A stretch of 64,000 bases of DNA from Candidatus Hydrogenedentota bacterium (lineage in GTDB: Bacteria > Hydrogenedentota > Hydrogenedentia > Hydrogenedentales > SLHB01). The stretch is taken from assembly GCA_963668025.2 (NCBI GenBank), contig CAXXTH010000018.1, positions 224,001 through 288,000 on the forward strand. The letters run 5' to 3'. This document shows, one piece after another, positions 40,004 through 50,296 of the stretch; positions within the stretch are counted from its first letter, which is position 1, and each line of letters starts with the position of its first letter. The notes under the pieces are model-generated. The model did no database searches and had not been told where the DNA came from. It was given only the letters and a program-made list of their open reading frames with translations. The position numbers and the translations under genes are program-made.

Positions 40004-41897
40004 ATCGAGTAGGGGGGTTCCTCACGGTCCCCCCCTCTCACACCACCGGGCATACCTGCTCGGTACCACGGCGGTTTCGGTCATTTTTGAACGTTTCGTA
40101 CCGTTGAACCGGGTCTATCAGTTTTTGTTTCGCGAACCATTGTTTGTCCATGGCGTGTTGCGCGGGAGGACTCCCCGCTTTGCGCCACCAGCCCTTCCCG
40201 GACCCTGCGAGTATCCACGCCTGAAATTGCGGCACGCCTAGTTTTCTAAGGAAGTCCGCTATGGTTTTCGTGCGCTTGAGGCGTTTGAGGATGACGCAGC
40301 GCAGTTTGCGCCGCATCCATTCCCCGAGGCGTTCCAGATGGCCCTTTGCTTCGGCAAACCGATAGTAGGTTATCCAGCCGCTCAGGAAGCTGTTGAGCTC
40401 CTCAATCATCTGGCGCACTTTGGCGTCGCCGCGGTTGCGTCGCGTGATGTCGCGGATGCGGTCTTTCGCCCGGTCGAGGCTCTTGGGCGCGATGCCCAAT
40501 CGCCCCCCACCCAGCAAGCGATAACCCAAAAATTTCCGCTCTCCCACGAACGCCACCGCGCTCTTCTCGCGGTTCACGCGTAGTTTCAGTTTCCCCTCAA
40601 GGAACTGCGTGACCGATGTCAGGACACGTTCTCCCGCGCGTATCGTCTGCACGTAAATGTTGCAGTCGTCCGCATAGCGGCAAAAACGATGCCCTCGTTT
40701 CTCCAACTCCTTGTCCAGGTCGTCCAAGAGCAGGTTGGCCAGCAGCGGCGATAGAGGACCGCCTTGCGGGGTCCCTTCGTATCGTTCGATGCATACGCCG
40801 TTCTGCATCATGCCCACTTCAAGAAACCAGCGGATGAGTCGGAGTACGCGTTTGTCTGACACGTGCCGCGCCACGCGCGCCATCAGGATGTCGTGGTTGA
40901 CCCGGTCGAAGAATTTTTCCAGGTCCATGTCCACAACAATGCAGCGGCCTTCGCTTACGTACGTGCTGGCTTGCCGCAGCGCCTGATGTGCATTGTGCCT
41001 TGGACGAAATCCATAACTGCTTTCCGAGAAGGCCGGGTCTAGAAGCGGTTCGAGAGCCTGCAAGAGCGCTTGTTGCACGACTCGGTCCACCACCGTCGGA
41101 ATGCCCAGTTGCCGCATCCCCCCGCCCGGCTTGGGGATTTGCACTCCCAACACCGGTTGGGGACGGTAGCGCCCTGCCGTCAGTTCCTCTTGCAGTCCCC
41201 GCCAGTGTTCCGGAAACCAACGCTTCAGGTCGCGTACGCTCATGACGTCCGCACCCGCCGCGCCTTTGTTCCGTTGCACCCGGCGTACCGCTTCCGTCAG
41301 GTTCGCAAGACTCGCGACCCGTTCCATCAAGTCTTGCGTCAAGGCTCGCCTCTTGTTCGCCGCCGGAAATAGTTGCCGCGCCTCGAACGCATCCGATTCG
41401 GTTCCGCCTTCTCCGATTGCGCCGTGGCAAGCCGACTCCAGTGGGAACTCCATCTGGCAACCTGCTACTTCCTGCCGCTCCCTATCCCACGAGACGTTCA
41501 ATGCTGCTCCTTGAATGATCGATTCGGCCCTTCCCCTTGCGGGTATTATGGCCTCGGCTGACTCCTGCCCACCCCTCGCGACATGTTGCCATCCCGCTAG
41601 TCTGGCTCTTCCAGACAGATGAACAGGTCTCCCAAGGTAAGACGCGCCTCTTTCCGCCGGGCCTCGCCGGATTTACCAAGGTGTGTGTCCGAATGGTTAT
41701 TGGGCGTCGCCATCCATTGCTGGCTTGCCCCGCCACCCCGGCCTTCTATCCGGTTTCTGTGCGTCGAGTCCGACTTTTGCCTCCTGCTTCCTCCAGACCC
41801 CGCCTCGCGGCGACGCCCTTGCTCTTGGCTAGCAATTCCCACCATCAGGGCTTGCAGGGGACTTACACCCCTTAGATCCGCGCCATGCTTGGCACAC
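40004..41897 (-). mobile_element. Group II intron, class IIC
   Basis: 5' GUGUGCC at 41897 directly after a terminator hairpin and U-run; domain V/VI GAACCGCCG..GGTGGTGTGAGAGGGG..CCCCCCTACTCGAT ending at 40004. Confidence 0.9.
40038..41501 (-). CDS. ltrA: Group II intron reverse transcriptase/maturase, no endonuclease domain
   Basis: RQLGIPTVVDR, SYGFRP, DLEKFFD, GTPQGGPLSP, RYADD, FLGY; maturase GWITYY. Confidence 0.95.
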   Translation of the reverse strand: MNVSWDRERQEVAGCQMEFPLESACHGAIGEGGTESDAFEARQLFPAANKRRALTQDLMERVASLANLTEAVRRVQRNKGAAGADVMSVRDLKRWFPEHWRGLQEELTAGRYRPQPVLGVQIPKPGGGMRQLGIPTVVDRVVQQALLQALEPLLDPAFSESSYGFRPRHNAHQALRQASTYVSEGRCIVVDMDLEKFFDRVNHDILMARVARHVSDKRVLRLIRWFLEVGMMQNGVCIERYEGTPQGGPLSPLLANLLLDDLDKELEKRGHRFCRYADDCNIYVQTIRAGERVLTSVTQFLEGKLKLRVNREKSAVAFVGERKFLGYRLLGGGRLGIAPKSLDRAKDRIRDITRRNRGDAKVRQMIEELNSFLSGWITYYRFAEAKGHLERLGEWMRRKLRCVILKRLKRTKTIADFLRKLGVPQFQAWILAGSGKGWWRKAGSPPAQHAMDKQWFAKQKLIDPVQRYETFKNDRNRRGTEQVCPVV

Positions 41898-41942
41898 AAA
41901 AATATGCACAGATCCCAATAACTGTGGCATCTGTGCATATTT
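41898..41942 (-). terminator. Intrinsic terminator of the MBL hydrolase gene; intron target site
   Basis: AAATATGCACAGAT / ATCTGTGCATATTT 14-bp stem followed by T5 on the minus strand. Confidence 0.8.
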
Positions 41943-42010
41943 GCTATTTTTCTTGGCGCTGCTTTATGCCTTGTCCGGCATTCTTCCGGAATTCCTATAT
42001 TCTGACTATC

Positions 42011-43258
42011 TTATGTCTGTGGCGTCGCATTATAGACATCAGGCGAGATAGTGTGGCTCAACAACTCGTCGCTAAGCTGTGCCGTCGGCGTATCATACAT
42101 GGGGTCCGCCAGTTGATCGGCAGGGTATACTTTAGGATTCGGTGGATACCATGCTTCTGGGGATACGATAGCTCTGCGCTGGCGGATTTCATCCGCGGAA
42201 ACGTTAATGACCAAAAAGTCGGTTGCAATGGTGACAGGGCCTTGGTACCACTCCCGGATATCCTCGAGCGCTGGGCCATTGGTGTCCGCTTCGGCCTGGA
42301 AATGCGTGGCTACGCCCAACCGCGGCGTGGTCTGGCTAAGGATATAACCGAACGCTTTTTGGGGCGTGTGGGACGAGTCTTGAATGTCCGTGGCCGCTTG
42401 CACCGCTTGCGTATACCCCGTATCGCCCTCTTCAAGGCCCGTGTTTTTAGTGGCCCACACCTCGGGCGGCACCACCATTTCATGAATCAACACGTCCACA
42501 TTTTTCGCATTCTGGATCATAAAATCGTTTGGTTTCGTGTCACCCGAGAACACCATCGAGAGTCCGTTCCATTCGAGTTTGTAGCTAATGGACCCGTTCC
42601 GCGCATGCACGGCAGGGAAATGCGTGATCGTTACGCCAGTGGCGTCATTCTGATATGCAATTCCCCCCTCGGTCATATAGGGCAATTCCGTCGCGATGAT
42701 GTCAAATCCGTCGCTTTGCCCTTCCACAACCGGCTTCAGGCCCGTTTTCAAGAAGCTAAAGCTGTGCCGGTGCCATGTCATCATTTTGTAGAGGGAGTCG
42801 CAGAACGCCTGTGTCCCTTGCTCGGGCTCATCAGCGGACGGCCCCCAGACTTTAAGCGGCACTTTTCGGTCCACGGAAGGCCCGAAACAATAAATGGTGA
42901 CAATATCGCTCGTATGATCGCCATGCAGATGCGTCAAGAAAATCTTGTCCATGCGCGAATATTGAATCTGCATGGCGTTGTACTTGCTCGATACTCCGGA
43001 ACCACAATCAAACACGAAGCTGTCTCCGCTGCCCACCTCGACAAACACGCTGTTGCACTGCTGTTTGAGGCGTGGCACCACGGATGTGCCTAAGAATGTG
43101 ATGCGCATTTCATCCGCGGCCAGCTCCTCCTGAAGCGGGAATATGCCATCAAGCTCGACTGCTGGCGGACATCCCGGCAAACTGCCTGCCACGGCCAATC
43201 CGCCAATGGCCAAACCGGAGGCTTTCAACACATCTCGACGCGAAATATCGTTCCCCAT
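42011..43258 (-). CDS. Tat-exported MBL-fold hydrolase (RNase Z/AtsA/GntH-like)
   Basis: SRRDVLK twin-arginine, possible lipobox LPGC, FLGT, FDCG, THLHGDH, FSGDT, LIHE, SHT, ATH. Confidence 0.85.
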   Translation of the reverse strand: MGNDISRRDVLKASGLAIGGLAVAGSLPGCPPAVELDGIFPLQEELAADEMRITFLGTSVVPRLKQQCNSVFVEVGSGDSFVFDCGSGVSSKYNAMQIQYSRMDKIFLTHLHGDHTSDIVTIYCFGPSVDRKVPLKVWGPSADEPEQGTQAFCDSLYKMMTWHRHSFSFLKTGLKPVVEGQSDGFDIIATELPYMTEGGIAYQNDATGVTITHFPAVHARNGSISYKLEWNGLSMVFSGDTKPNDFMIQNAKNVDVLIHEMVVPPEVWATKNTGLEEGDTGYTQAVQAATDIQDSSHTPQKAFGYILSQTTPRLGVATHFQAEADTNGPALEDIREWYQGPVTIATDFLVINVSADEIRQRRAIVSPEAWYPPNPKVYPADQLADPMYDTPTAQLSDELLSHTISPDVYNATPQT

Positions 43259-43496
43259 TGCTTGCTCCCTTCTTTACTCCATGTTTCCCAGCATAGTCCC
43301 CAATTTTTTCTTGCCCGTTCAGCGCAAACTGGACACCTGCTGGATAGTTCACAGGCCACAAACAGTTATAACCCATCCGCTGGGATTATTTCATAGAGTA
43401 TCGACTTAAAGCTACACTCATGACCCAGAAGTCCAGGGCTTACGCATCTAATAGTGCTCAAGAGTCGATTTATCCTGTTGTGCATGATTTTTTCTG

Positions 43497-43796
43497 TCAA
43501 CGTGGCCTGGGATTTTTCGCTTGGGGGAAGGTCTTTGCGCGCTCACGGCGGGTTTGCTTGACGACTTCGTCCACGTAGCGTTCAGCCAGCTTCATGAAAG
43601 CCTGGTAGCCATTGATGGCCTCTTTTAGGAACTCGGTTTCGCGCGCCGGCACATAGCGAACCACGTTCTTCTCGTTCTCCCAGCTCTGGTGGTTAAAGTG
43701 GGGACGCCCGCCCATTTGACAGAGCTTTCCGCGCTCCATCCGCTCAATCTGCGCCATGCGCTCCAGCAATGCTTGCATCTTTTTGGTGTGCTTCAT
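43497..43796 (-). CDS. Small basic IS-associated protein (DUF6788-like)
   Basis: MERGKL..HQSW...NVVRYV; lies inside the IS ends. Confidence 0.6.
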   Translation of the reverse strand: MKHTKKMQALLERMAQIERMERGKLCQMGGRPHFNHQSWENEKNVVRYVPARETEFLKEAINGYQAFMKLAERYVDEVVKQTRRERAKTFPQAKNPRPR

Positions 43797-43867
43797 GGAT
43801 TTTAATATATAGAATTCTATATACTAGAGTCAACAGTGCTTCGGCGCATGAATGAAAGGAGCACCCC

Positions 43868-45025
43868 ATGACCGCTGAAAAGAAATCCCTGCCCAAGCCC
43901 AAGCCTATTATCGAGTGTTTCGCGGGCCTGCCTGATCCCCGCATGGACCGGACCCGCAGGCACAACTTCATTGACATCTTGGTGATTGGGCTATGCTCAG
44001 CCCTCGTGGGCGGAGAGAGCTTTTCGGATATGGAGCGCTTCGGCCGGCTCCGGGAGGATTGGCTGAAGGGCTTCCTGGAATTGCCCGGCGGCATCCCCTC
44101 GCACGACACCTTCAACCGGGTCTTTTCCGCCCTCGACCCCCATGCCTTTCTGGAATGCTTCGGCCAATGGGTGCAGGGCATTTGCCCCAATCTGAGCGAT
44201 GAGGTCGCCGCCATTGACGGCAAAGCCCTGCGGCGCGCCTTGAATCAGGGGGAGGCCATCCCCTACATCGTCAGCGCATGGGCTTGCGAGCACGGCCTGG
44301 CGCTGGGGCAGGTCAAGGTGGACGAGAAATCCAACGAAATCACCGCCGTCCCCAAACTCCTCAACGCCTTAAAGCTCAAGGGAGCCATCGTCACCCTGGA
44401 CGCCATGGGCTGCCAGAAGGATATCGCCTCCCACATTATCCAACGGCAGGCCGACTACGTGCTGGCCCTCAAAGGCAACCACGCCACCGCCCTAGAAGAA
44501 GTGAAGGCCTTTTTCAAGGACGCCGTTCCCCCTTGCGCCACCCAGTGCGCGCCAACAGCCGACGCCACACGGATGGATTTCCACCAGACCATCGACAAGG
44601 GGCATGGCCGCATCGAAACCCGCCGATACTGGCAATCCACCGACTTGGGCTGGTTCGAGGACAAAGGACTTTGGAAGGGCCTCAAGAGTTTCGGCATGGT
44701 CGAGTCCATCCGCAAGGAAAAAGGGAAGAACACCATCGAGCGGCGCTACTACTTGAGCAGCCTGCCCCTCGACGCACGACGATTCGCCCACGCCGTGCGT
44801 GGACACTGGGGCGTGGAAAACAATTTGCACTGGTGCCTAGACATTATCTTTCGCGAAGACGACAACCGCGCCCGAACAAGAAACGCCGCCCAGAATCTCG
44901 CCTCCTTGAGGAGAATTACACTCAACCTCCTCAAGAAAGACAAGACCAACAAAGATTTCCTCAGGGGCAAGCGCTTCGCTGCTGCACTCGACCCCGAATA
45001 CCTTCTACGTTTACTGGGAATTTAG
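43868..45025 (+). CDS. ISAs1-family transposase
   Basis: PDPR, GIPSHDTF, IDGK, KSNEITA, DAMGCQ, LKGN, GHGRIE, HWGVEN.LHW. Confidence 0.96.
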   Translation: MTAEKKSLPKPKPIIECFAGLPDPRMDRTRRHNFIDILVIGLCSALVGGESFSDMERFGRLREDWLKGFLELPGGIPSHDTFNRVFSALDPHAFLECFGQWVQGICPNLSDEVAAIDGKALRRALNQGEAIPYIVSAWACEHGLALGQVKVDEKSNEITAVPKLLNALKLKGAIVTLDAMGCQKDIASHIIQRQADYVLALKGNHATALEEVKAFFKDAVPPCATQCAPTADATRMDFHQTIDKGHGRIETRRYWQSTDLGWFEDKGLWKGLKSFGMVESIRKEKGKNTIERRYYLSSLPLDARRFAHAVRGHWGVENNLHWCLDIIFREDDNRARTRNAAQNLASLRRITLNLLKKDKTNKDFLRGKRFAAALDPEYLLRLLGI

Positions 45026-45307
45026 ATGCGTAAGCCCTGCCCAGAAGTCCTGGGCCACGCCGGAGTGACGCCTAGGATGGCATACTGCCTGTGTTCCTGC
45101 ATGCGGCCGAGTATGAAATAGGCCATCCAGCCATATGAACATGCCGCGATAAGTTAAAAATCGAGCCGGAGCTCCGAGCCGGCTTCGCGAATTCAATGAA
45201 TGTGCATAGATTACAGCTATCTTCTATAATGCAGTCAAACTCAATAAAAAGGAGGCTCGATATCATGTATTTTGAGTGGTTGTGCGATAAAGCTGCCGTA
45301 ACGTTTA

Positions 45308-46429
45308 ATGAGTAAACACCCCATGCCCCAACGCCCCTTTCAATTGCTCATCAAGCCTGTTGGCGCGGATTGCAACATGAGGTGCGCATATTGTTTCTAT
45401 CTACGCGCGGAAGAATTGTATGCCGAATCGGGCCGCCGTTGCATGTCCCCCGAAGTGCTTGAATGCATCATTCGCGGCCTAATGGGCTACCGCTTCGCCG
45501 AGACCGTGTTTTCCTGGCAAGGCGGCGAACCTACGCTGGCAGGATTGGATTTCTACCATCGCGCCGTGGAATTGGAACAGCAGTATGGCGCACCCGGGCA
45601 GGCCGTAGGCAATGCCTTTCAAACCAATGGCTTTCTCATTGACGACGCATGGTGCCGCTTTTTCAACCAGTTCAAATTCCTCATCGGCTTGAGCCTGGAC
45701 GGCCCGGCGGAGATGCATGATCTGCACCGGCGCAATGCCGCAGGCATGGGCTCATGGGAGCGGGCCATGTCCGCCGCCGAACGGATGCGCGCCCATGGCG
45801 TCGAATTCAACATCCTGTGCGTGGTGAACCGGGACAATGTCCGGCTGGGCGCGGACCTCGTGCGCTGGTTTGTGGAACAAGGCTTTTTTCATCTCCAATT
45901 GATCCCCTGCGTCGAGCGGGATTCGCCGTTCAATGTCCCACCCGAGGATTATGGCGCATTCTTGTGCGATATCTTCGATTATTGGTCAAAGGAAGGGCTG
46001 GGCCGCGTGTCGATCCGTGAATTCGATAGTTTGCTGGCGGCGCGGGCGGGCGAAGCAGGGGCGATGTGTACGTTCGCGGACCGCTGCAATTCGTACATTG
46101 TCATTGAACATGACGGAAGCGTCTACCCGTGCGACTTCTTTGTTTATGACGAATGGCGTCTGGGAAACGCCATGGACGCCTCCCTACATACCTTCCTCGA
46201 ACATCCCCGTTATAAGGAATTCGCCTACCAAAAAGATAAAGTGGCCTCGTGCAGGGGATGCGCTTGGCGCGCCTTATGCCACGGCGGATGCCAAAAAGAT
46301 CGGCGGGCGGCGGGCGGCCCGGGGGAGCGCACCGCGTTATGCGGTGCATACCAGCGCTTTTTCGCCCACGCCGCGCCACGGCTCAATGCCCTGGCCAAAC
46401 GGGTGCGCACGCGCCGGAGCGGACGTTAA
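45308..46429 (+). CDS. Anaerobic sulfatase maturase-like radical SAM/SPASM enzyme
   Basis: IKP..CNMRCAYCFY, WQGGEPTL, QTNG, SLDGP, YPCDF, C..C.....C.GGC. Confidence 0.9.
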   Translation: MSKHPMPQRPFQLLIKPVGADCNMRCAYCFYLRAEELYAESGRRCMSPEVLECIIRGLMGYRFAETVFSWQGGEPTLAGLDFYHRAVELEQQYGAPGQAVGNAFQTNGFLIDDAWCRFFNQFKFLIGLSLDGPAEMHDLHRRNAAGMGSWERAMSAAERMRAHGVEFNILCVVNRDNVRLGADLVRWFVEQGFFHLQLIPCVERDSPFNVPPEDYGAFLCDIFDYWSKEGLGRVSIREFDSLLAARAGEAGAMCTFADRCNSYIVIEHDGSVYPCDFFVYDEWRLGNAMDASLHTFLEHPRYKEFAYQKDKVASCRGCAWRALCHGGCQKDRRAAGGPGERTALCGAYQRFFAHAAPRLNALAKRVRTRRSGR

Positions 46430-46433
46430 GCGC

Positions 46434-48353
46434 CTACGTATTCACGCCTACGGCGAGGAGCGTAGGCAGGGTGATGCGCCCGGCGCTGGTCACAAAATCA
46501 TCTATAAATTCCGCCAACTCGACTTGCGTGAAGAATTGCCCCATGAGCGCCCGCAGGCTCGCGGCGGTGAACCGCTGGAAATGCTCATTGATATCTTCGT
46601 GGCCCAGCAGGTTATTTGGCACGGATACAATCACCACCCGGCCCACGCGGGCCAATTCGGCCAGCACGGCGCCTGGATGCTGGAAGTGTTCGAGAAACTC
46701 GGTAGCCACGGCAACATCCACACTCTGGCTTGCGAAGGGGATGTAAGGCGCCTGGGCTGCCACGCCATGGATGCCGTGTGCGGCGCGCATCGCCCGCACA
46801 GCAGCGTCACTAATGTCAAGCCCGTAAACAACATTACCCGCATCACGTATTTGGGCCGCTAGAACTCCCAGGCCGCATCCCACATCGAGCACGCGCTTTC
46901 CCGCGCCGATGACTTCGCAAACCATGTGGAAACAAGTTGGATACCGCCGCCAGGTGTCCGCCCCCTCGGCCTTCCATACGGCGTTCCAGTATTCGCGCGT
47001 ATTCGTATTCTCCTGCTCGGACGCAAGCTCCCCTGGCTTTACAGCTTCAAGATTCACCTGCGCCGAGTGAAACCAGGGAACCAGCGCCAATGCGCGCTCG
47101 AAACAGGCTCGCGCCGAGGCCGTATCGCCAAGAGCATTCTGCGCCACGCCCGCATCATTGTGCAGCACATGGTCAAACGGATCCGCTTCGAGTCCAGCCG
47201 CAAACAGGCGCAATGCCCCCAAGATGTCGCCCGCGCAAAACGCCGCTTCCCCTTCCACTCGCGCCTGGAAAGCCTCGATGCGCTTGCGCACCTCTGGCGC
47301 CGTCGGCGCTATGGCCGCCGCCTGGTCGAGCTGCGCGCGCACGCCATCCTGGTCTTCCAGCAGATCGAGCACGCGCGCCAGGGAAAGGCGCGCCACGACC
47401 AAGCGCGGCGATGCCGCGAGAACCGCCTCGAGCATGCGCCGCGCCGTTTTCATATCGCCTTCGAACATCGCTACGTGGGCAAGGCGCAGCTTTACCTGGG
47501 AGCCTGCAGGTTCTGACTTGGACAGCGGGGCCAGCGCGTTGCGCACGCCAACCACATCGCCACGTTTGAACAGCAAATCCGCTAGAGCTATGGCCGCATC
47601 TGGAAAAGACGGTGCGAGACGCACCGCACGGCGCAAGGCTTCTTCACACTCGGGTTCATCACTGCCCTGCAAGCAAGCCCCTATCTCATACCACGCCTTG
47701 GCGTCATTGGGATTTTCCGCTGCTTTGCGGCGTCCAATGGCCAGATACCGCTGCACCTTGGCGTCATATCCATCTAACCCGGAACGGTATCCATAATGGT
47801 GGACCAATACCGCTTCACGCCGGATACGCCCGCCTTGCGCCCGCACGCTCTCTTCGATGATTTCATGGATGCGCCCTCGATAATAGTAGCCGCGCCGGTT
47901 GCGGAACATGCGGTGGGCGGGCACGGCGACATATCCCGCATGCCCACGCGCTAGGGGATCATTCAATTCACAGGCCACCCAGCGCCATGAAGCAGAGGTG
48001 TCCACATAGTTCGCCTGAATCACCTCGATGACATCCGCGCCCGCCCCATCCCGGTCCGCCAATTCACGCAACCGGCGCGCCCCAGCCGCGTCAAGGGCTT
48101 CATCGGCGTCCAGCATAAGCAGCCAATCGCCCGTTGCTTTCGCCATACAGGCATTGCGCGCCGCCGCGAAATCATCGGCCCACGGGAGAGAGAACACCAT
48201 GGCCCCGTAACGCTGGGCTATCGCCACGGTTCCATCCGTCGAGCCCGTGTCGGCAATGACCATTTCGTCCACGATGCCTCGCACGCTATCAAGGCAATCG
48301 GCCAGGCATCGCTCTTCATTCTTGACGATCATGAACAGGCTGAGACTCGGCAT
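46434..48353 (-). CDS. GT2 glycosyltransferase + TPR + class I SAM methyltransferase fusion
   Basis: MIVKNEE, DTGSTDGT, DFAAARN, LDADE, IHE, HYGY; TPR helices; VLDVGCGLG, EFLEH. Confidence 0.85.
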   Translation of the reverse strand: MPSLSLFMIVKNEERCLADCLDSVRGIVDEMVIADTGSTDGTVAIAQRYGAMVFSLPWADDFAAARNACMAKATGDWLLMLDADEALDAAGARRLRELADRDGAGADVIEVIQANYVDTSASWRWVACELNDPLARGHAGYVAVPAHRMFRNRRGYYYRGRIHEIIEESVRAQGGRIRREAVLVHHYGYRSGLDGYDAKVQRYLAIGRRKAAENPNDAKAWYEIGACLQGSDEPECEEALRRAVRLAPSFPDAAIALADLLFKRGDVVGVRNALAPLSKSEPAGSQVKLRLAHVAMFEGDMKTARRMLEAVLAASPRLVVARLSLARVLDLLEDQDGVRAQLDQAAAIAPTAPEVRKRIEAFQARVEGEAAFCAGDILGALRLFAAGLEADPFDHVLHNDAGVAQNALGDTASARACFERALALVPWFHSAQVNLEAVKPGELASEQENTNTREYWNAVWKAEGADTWRRYPTCFHMVCEVIGAGKRVLDVGCGLGVLAAQIRDAGNVVYGLDISDAAVRAMRAAHGIHGVAAQAPYIPFASQSVDVAVATEFLEHFQHPGAVLAELARVGRVVIVSVPNNLLGHEDINEHFQRFTAASLRALMGQFFTQVELAEFIDDFVTSAGRITLPTLLAVGVNT

Positions 48354-48803
48354 CTGTTGGCGGACTCCTCTTCCCCATGGTTTCAGAATAGCTTCAGCAT
48401 ACCAATTGCCCCGAATGGCCACAAATGAGCACATGCACGATAACGTTATGCGCTGGATACGCCCGCGCCTTTTTCCACCACGGGGACACGGGGAAGCACG
48501 GAGAATTGAATAGCACTCAACAATGAGTGCGAAAAAGCACGGTGAAGAATGACCGGCGGGGGTGCTGGTCCCACACATTGCTTACTAGAAAAAAGTGTGG
48601 GACCGACGCCCTCGTCGGTCATTACATGGAATATGGCGTTTCAATACCGATGCAATACAATAAACAAGGCAAAAAACCTCAGATGCTGCTTCAGTTAGTT
48701 AAAGTGTTACGAAATCTATAATACCAGGGAATACAGCATGCCTTCCCCGCGCCTCCCCGTATCCCGGGGCGAAAAAATAACTGCATAAGTCTATTTCTAC
48801 TTT

Positions 48804-49106
48804 AGGTGTAACACTGTTATTACTGATCACGTAAAAATATATCATGTGTACGTATTGAAGAAATAATGTAAAACCGCCTCCCTGTCATCCCCGCGAACGC
48901 GGGGATCCAGAGAATTTGCACTGGATTCCCGCTTTCGCGGGAATGACAACGAGGTAGTTTACGTTTTTTTTTAGAACGGATGCTATTAGTCGGTGGGGCA
49001 AATCCACCATGTATTTTGGTTCATCCGCGCACCCAAGAACGGCTCCAAATAAGTTACGGCTATCACTCGGTAAGACGAATGGAGCGGTAATAACAGAGCT
49101 GCACTC
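48804..49106. mobile_element. 303-bp MITE, copy 2 (degenerate left TIR, no TSD)
   Basis: Colinear with 11353-11655, including the central palindrome. Confidence 0.85.
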
Positions 49107-49248
49107 TATGCTATCACGTCCCGCGCCCAGTTGTTTACCGGGCAAGTGGCAATAGTATTTTGACTATTGCGCAACAAACTTCATTGATATAAACTAGCAT
49201 ACGGTTCAGATTGGGATTGCGGGCCAAAATATAAAGAAGGGTTTTAGT

Positions 49249-49647
49249 ATGAAAATGACGTATTACATTCTGAATATCGATATCTACAAGATTCATCTGC
49301 ACGTAAATAATGATGATGACAAGACATTCGAAGTTCTTAATGAGGCGGAAGATCATGGGATAAAACTGGGGGGAACCTACTCTGCCCTAAAACACAAACC
49401 GCATACTGTCAACAATGATTACCACTTGCACATTAGAAATAAAGGAACGGAAATAGCCGCCCTAAATTTTGACGGGACGGCACATGATGGTTATCACAAC
49501 TTTAGACTTCCGAATACTGTTGTAAAAGGAATACAGAAGTGTTTCCCGAAGTGTAATATACCATCAAACGGACTCATAGAGACCGCGTCTAGCAGTATAC
49601 AACAAGAGTTTGCGCTTCTCTTTAAGGGTGTCTTGAATGAGGATTAA
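49249..49647 (+). CDS. Hypothetical protein, AT-rich, His-rich motif
   Basis: 132-aa ORF with YHLHI..ALNFDGTAHDG. Confidence 0.6.
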   Translation: MKMTYYILNIDIYKIHLHVNNDDDKTFEVLNEAEDHGIKLGGTYSALKHKPHTVNNDYHLHIRNKGTEIAALNFDGTAHDGYHNFRLPNTVVKGIQKCFPKCNIPSNGLIETASSSIQQEFALLFKGVLNED

Positions 49648-49893
49648 GCAGACAGAACAACCATTATTATTTTCTGACATTGTTTGATATGTTAATCTTT
49701 AATATAATATATTGATTATCTCGTGTTGCCATGGGATATATTAAATTGCAGGATGTCAAGCCAAAGAGCTTACACATCGAATTCTGGATGACGAGAGAAA
49801 CGGCATTACCTTAACTTTTTTGGAAGAAACTTGAAGTAATACTATTAAACACTGGAGGCGTTAGTCGAGTTAATCCGAGGAGAAAGTATTACA

Positions 49894-50133
49894 ATGACAA
49901 GCTCAGTATGGGAAAGCAAAGTCGAAAGTGCAAAGAATGCGGCAACCATGTATGCTCAAAACATGAAAAATCCGTTTCATAGCAGCACCATCGAGAAGAT
50001 TGACCCCGAGGATGAAAATGCAACCGTGTATTATGTGCTTGTAAAGAACGGCACAGGGCTCGGAAAAATTGGAGTGAAGGTTGAGTTCCATGAACTGGGA
50101 AATTCAATTCTTATTATCCGAGATAAGCCGTAA
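49894..50133 (+). CDS. Small hypothetical protein
   Basis: GAGGAG upstream; 79-aa AT-rich ORF. Confidence 0.45.
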   Translation: MTSSVWESKVESAKNAATMYAQNMKNPFHSSTIEKIDPEDENATVYYVLVKNGTGLGKIGVKVEFHELGNSILIIRDKP

Positions 50134-50296
50134 TCTAATACGAAAAGTATTATTCTGCGCATGAAAAAGATACGTCTTCTTGTGGGATGAGGCTCTTGTC
50201 CGCCAGGATCTCACGGAATATACGGTCGAATATACTCGCTTGAACAGCCAGGAGCACAGACGGTCTGGGCTATTGCAGTCGAGAATCATAAAAGAA

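Larger units (their letters stand above)
43434..45039 (+). mobile_element. ISAs1-family element (1606 bp) with a divergent accessory ORF
   Basis: 18-bp TIRs CAGGGCTTACGCATCTAA; 10-bp TSD CCCAGAAGTC (43424-43433, 45040-45049). Confidence 0.93.

Noticed and set aside
26189-43093. Long antisense or overlapping ORFs (e.g. 26189-27589, 36708-38132, 41885-43093)
   Set aside because: Shadow frames of GC-rich genes with no recognisable motifs
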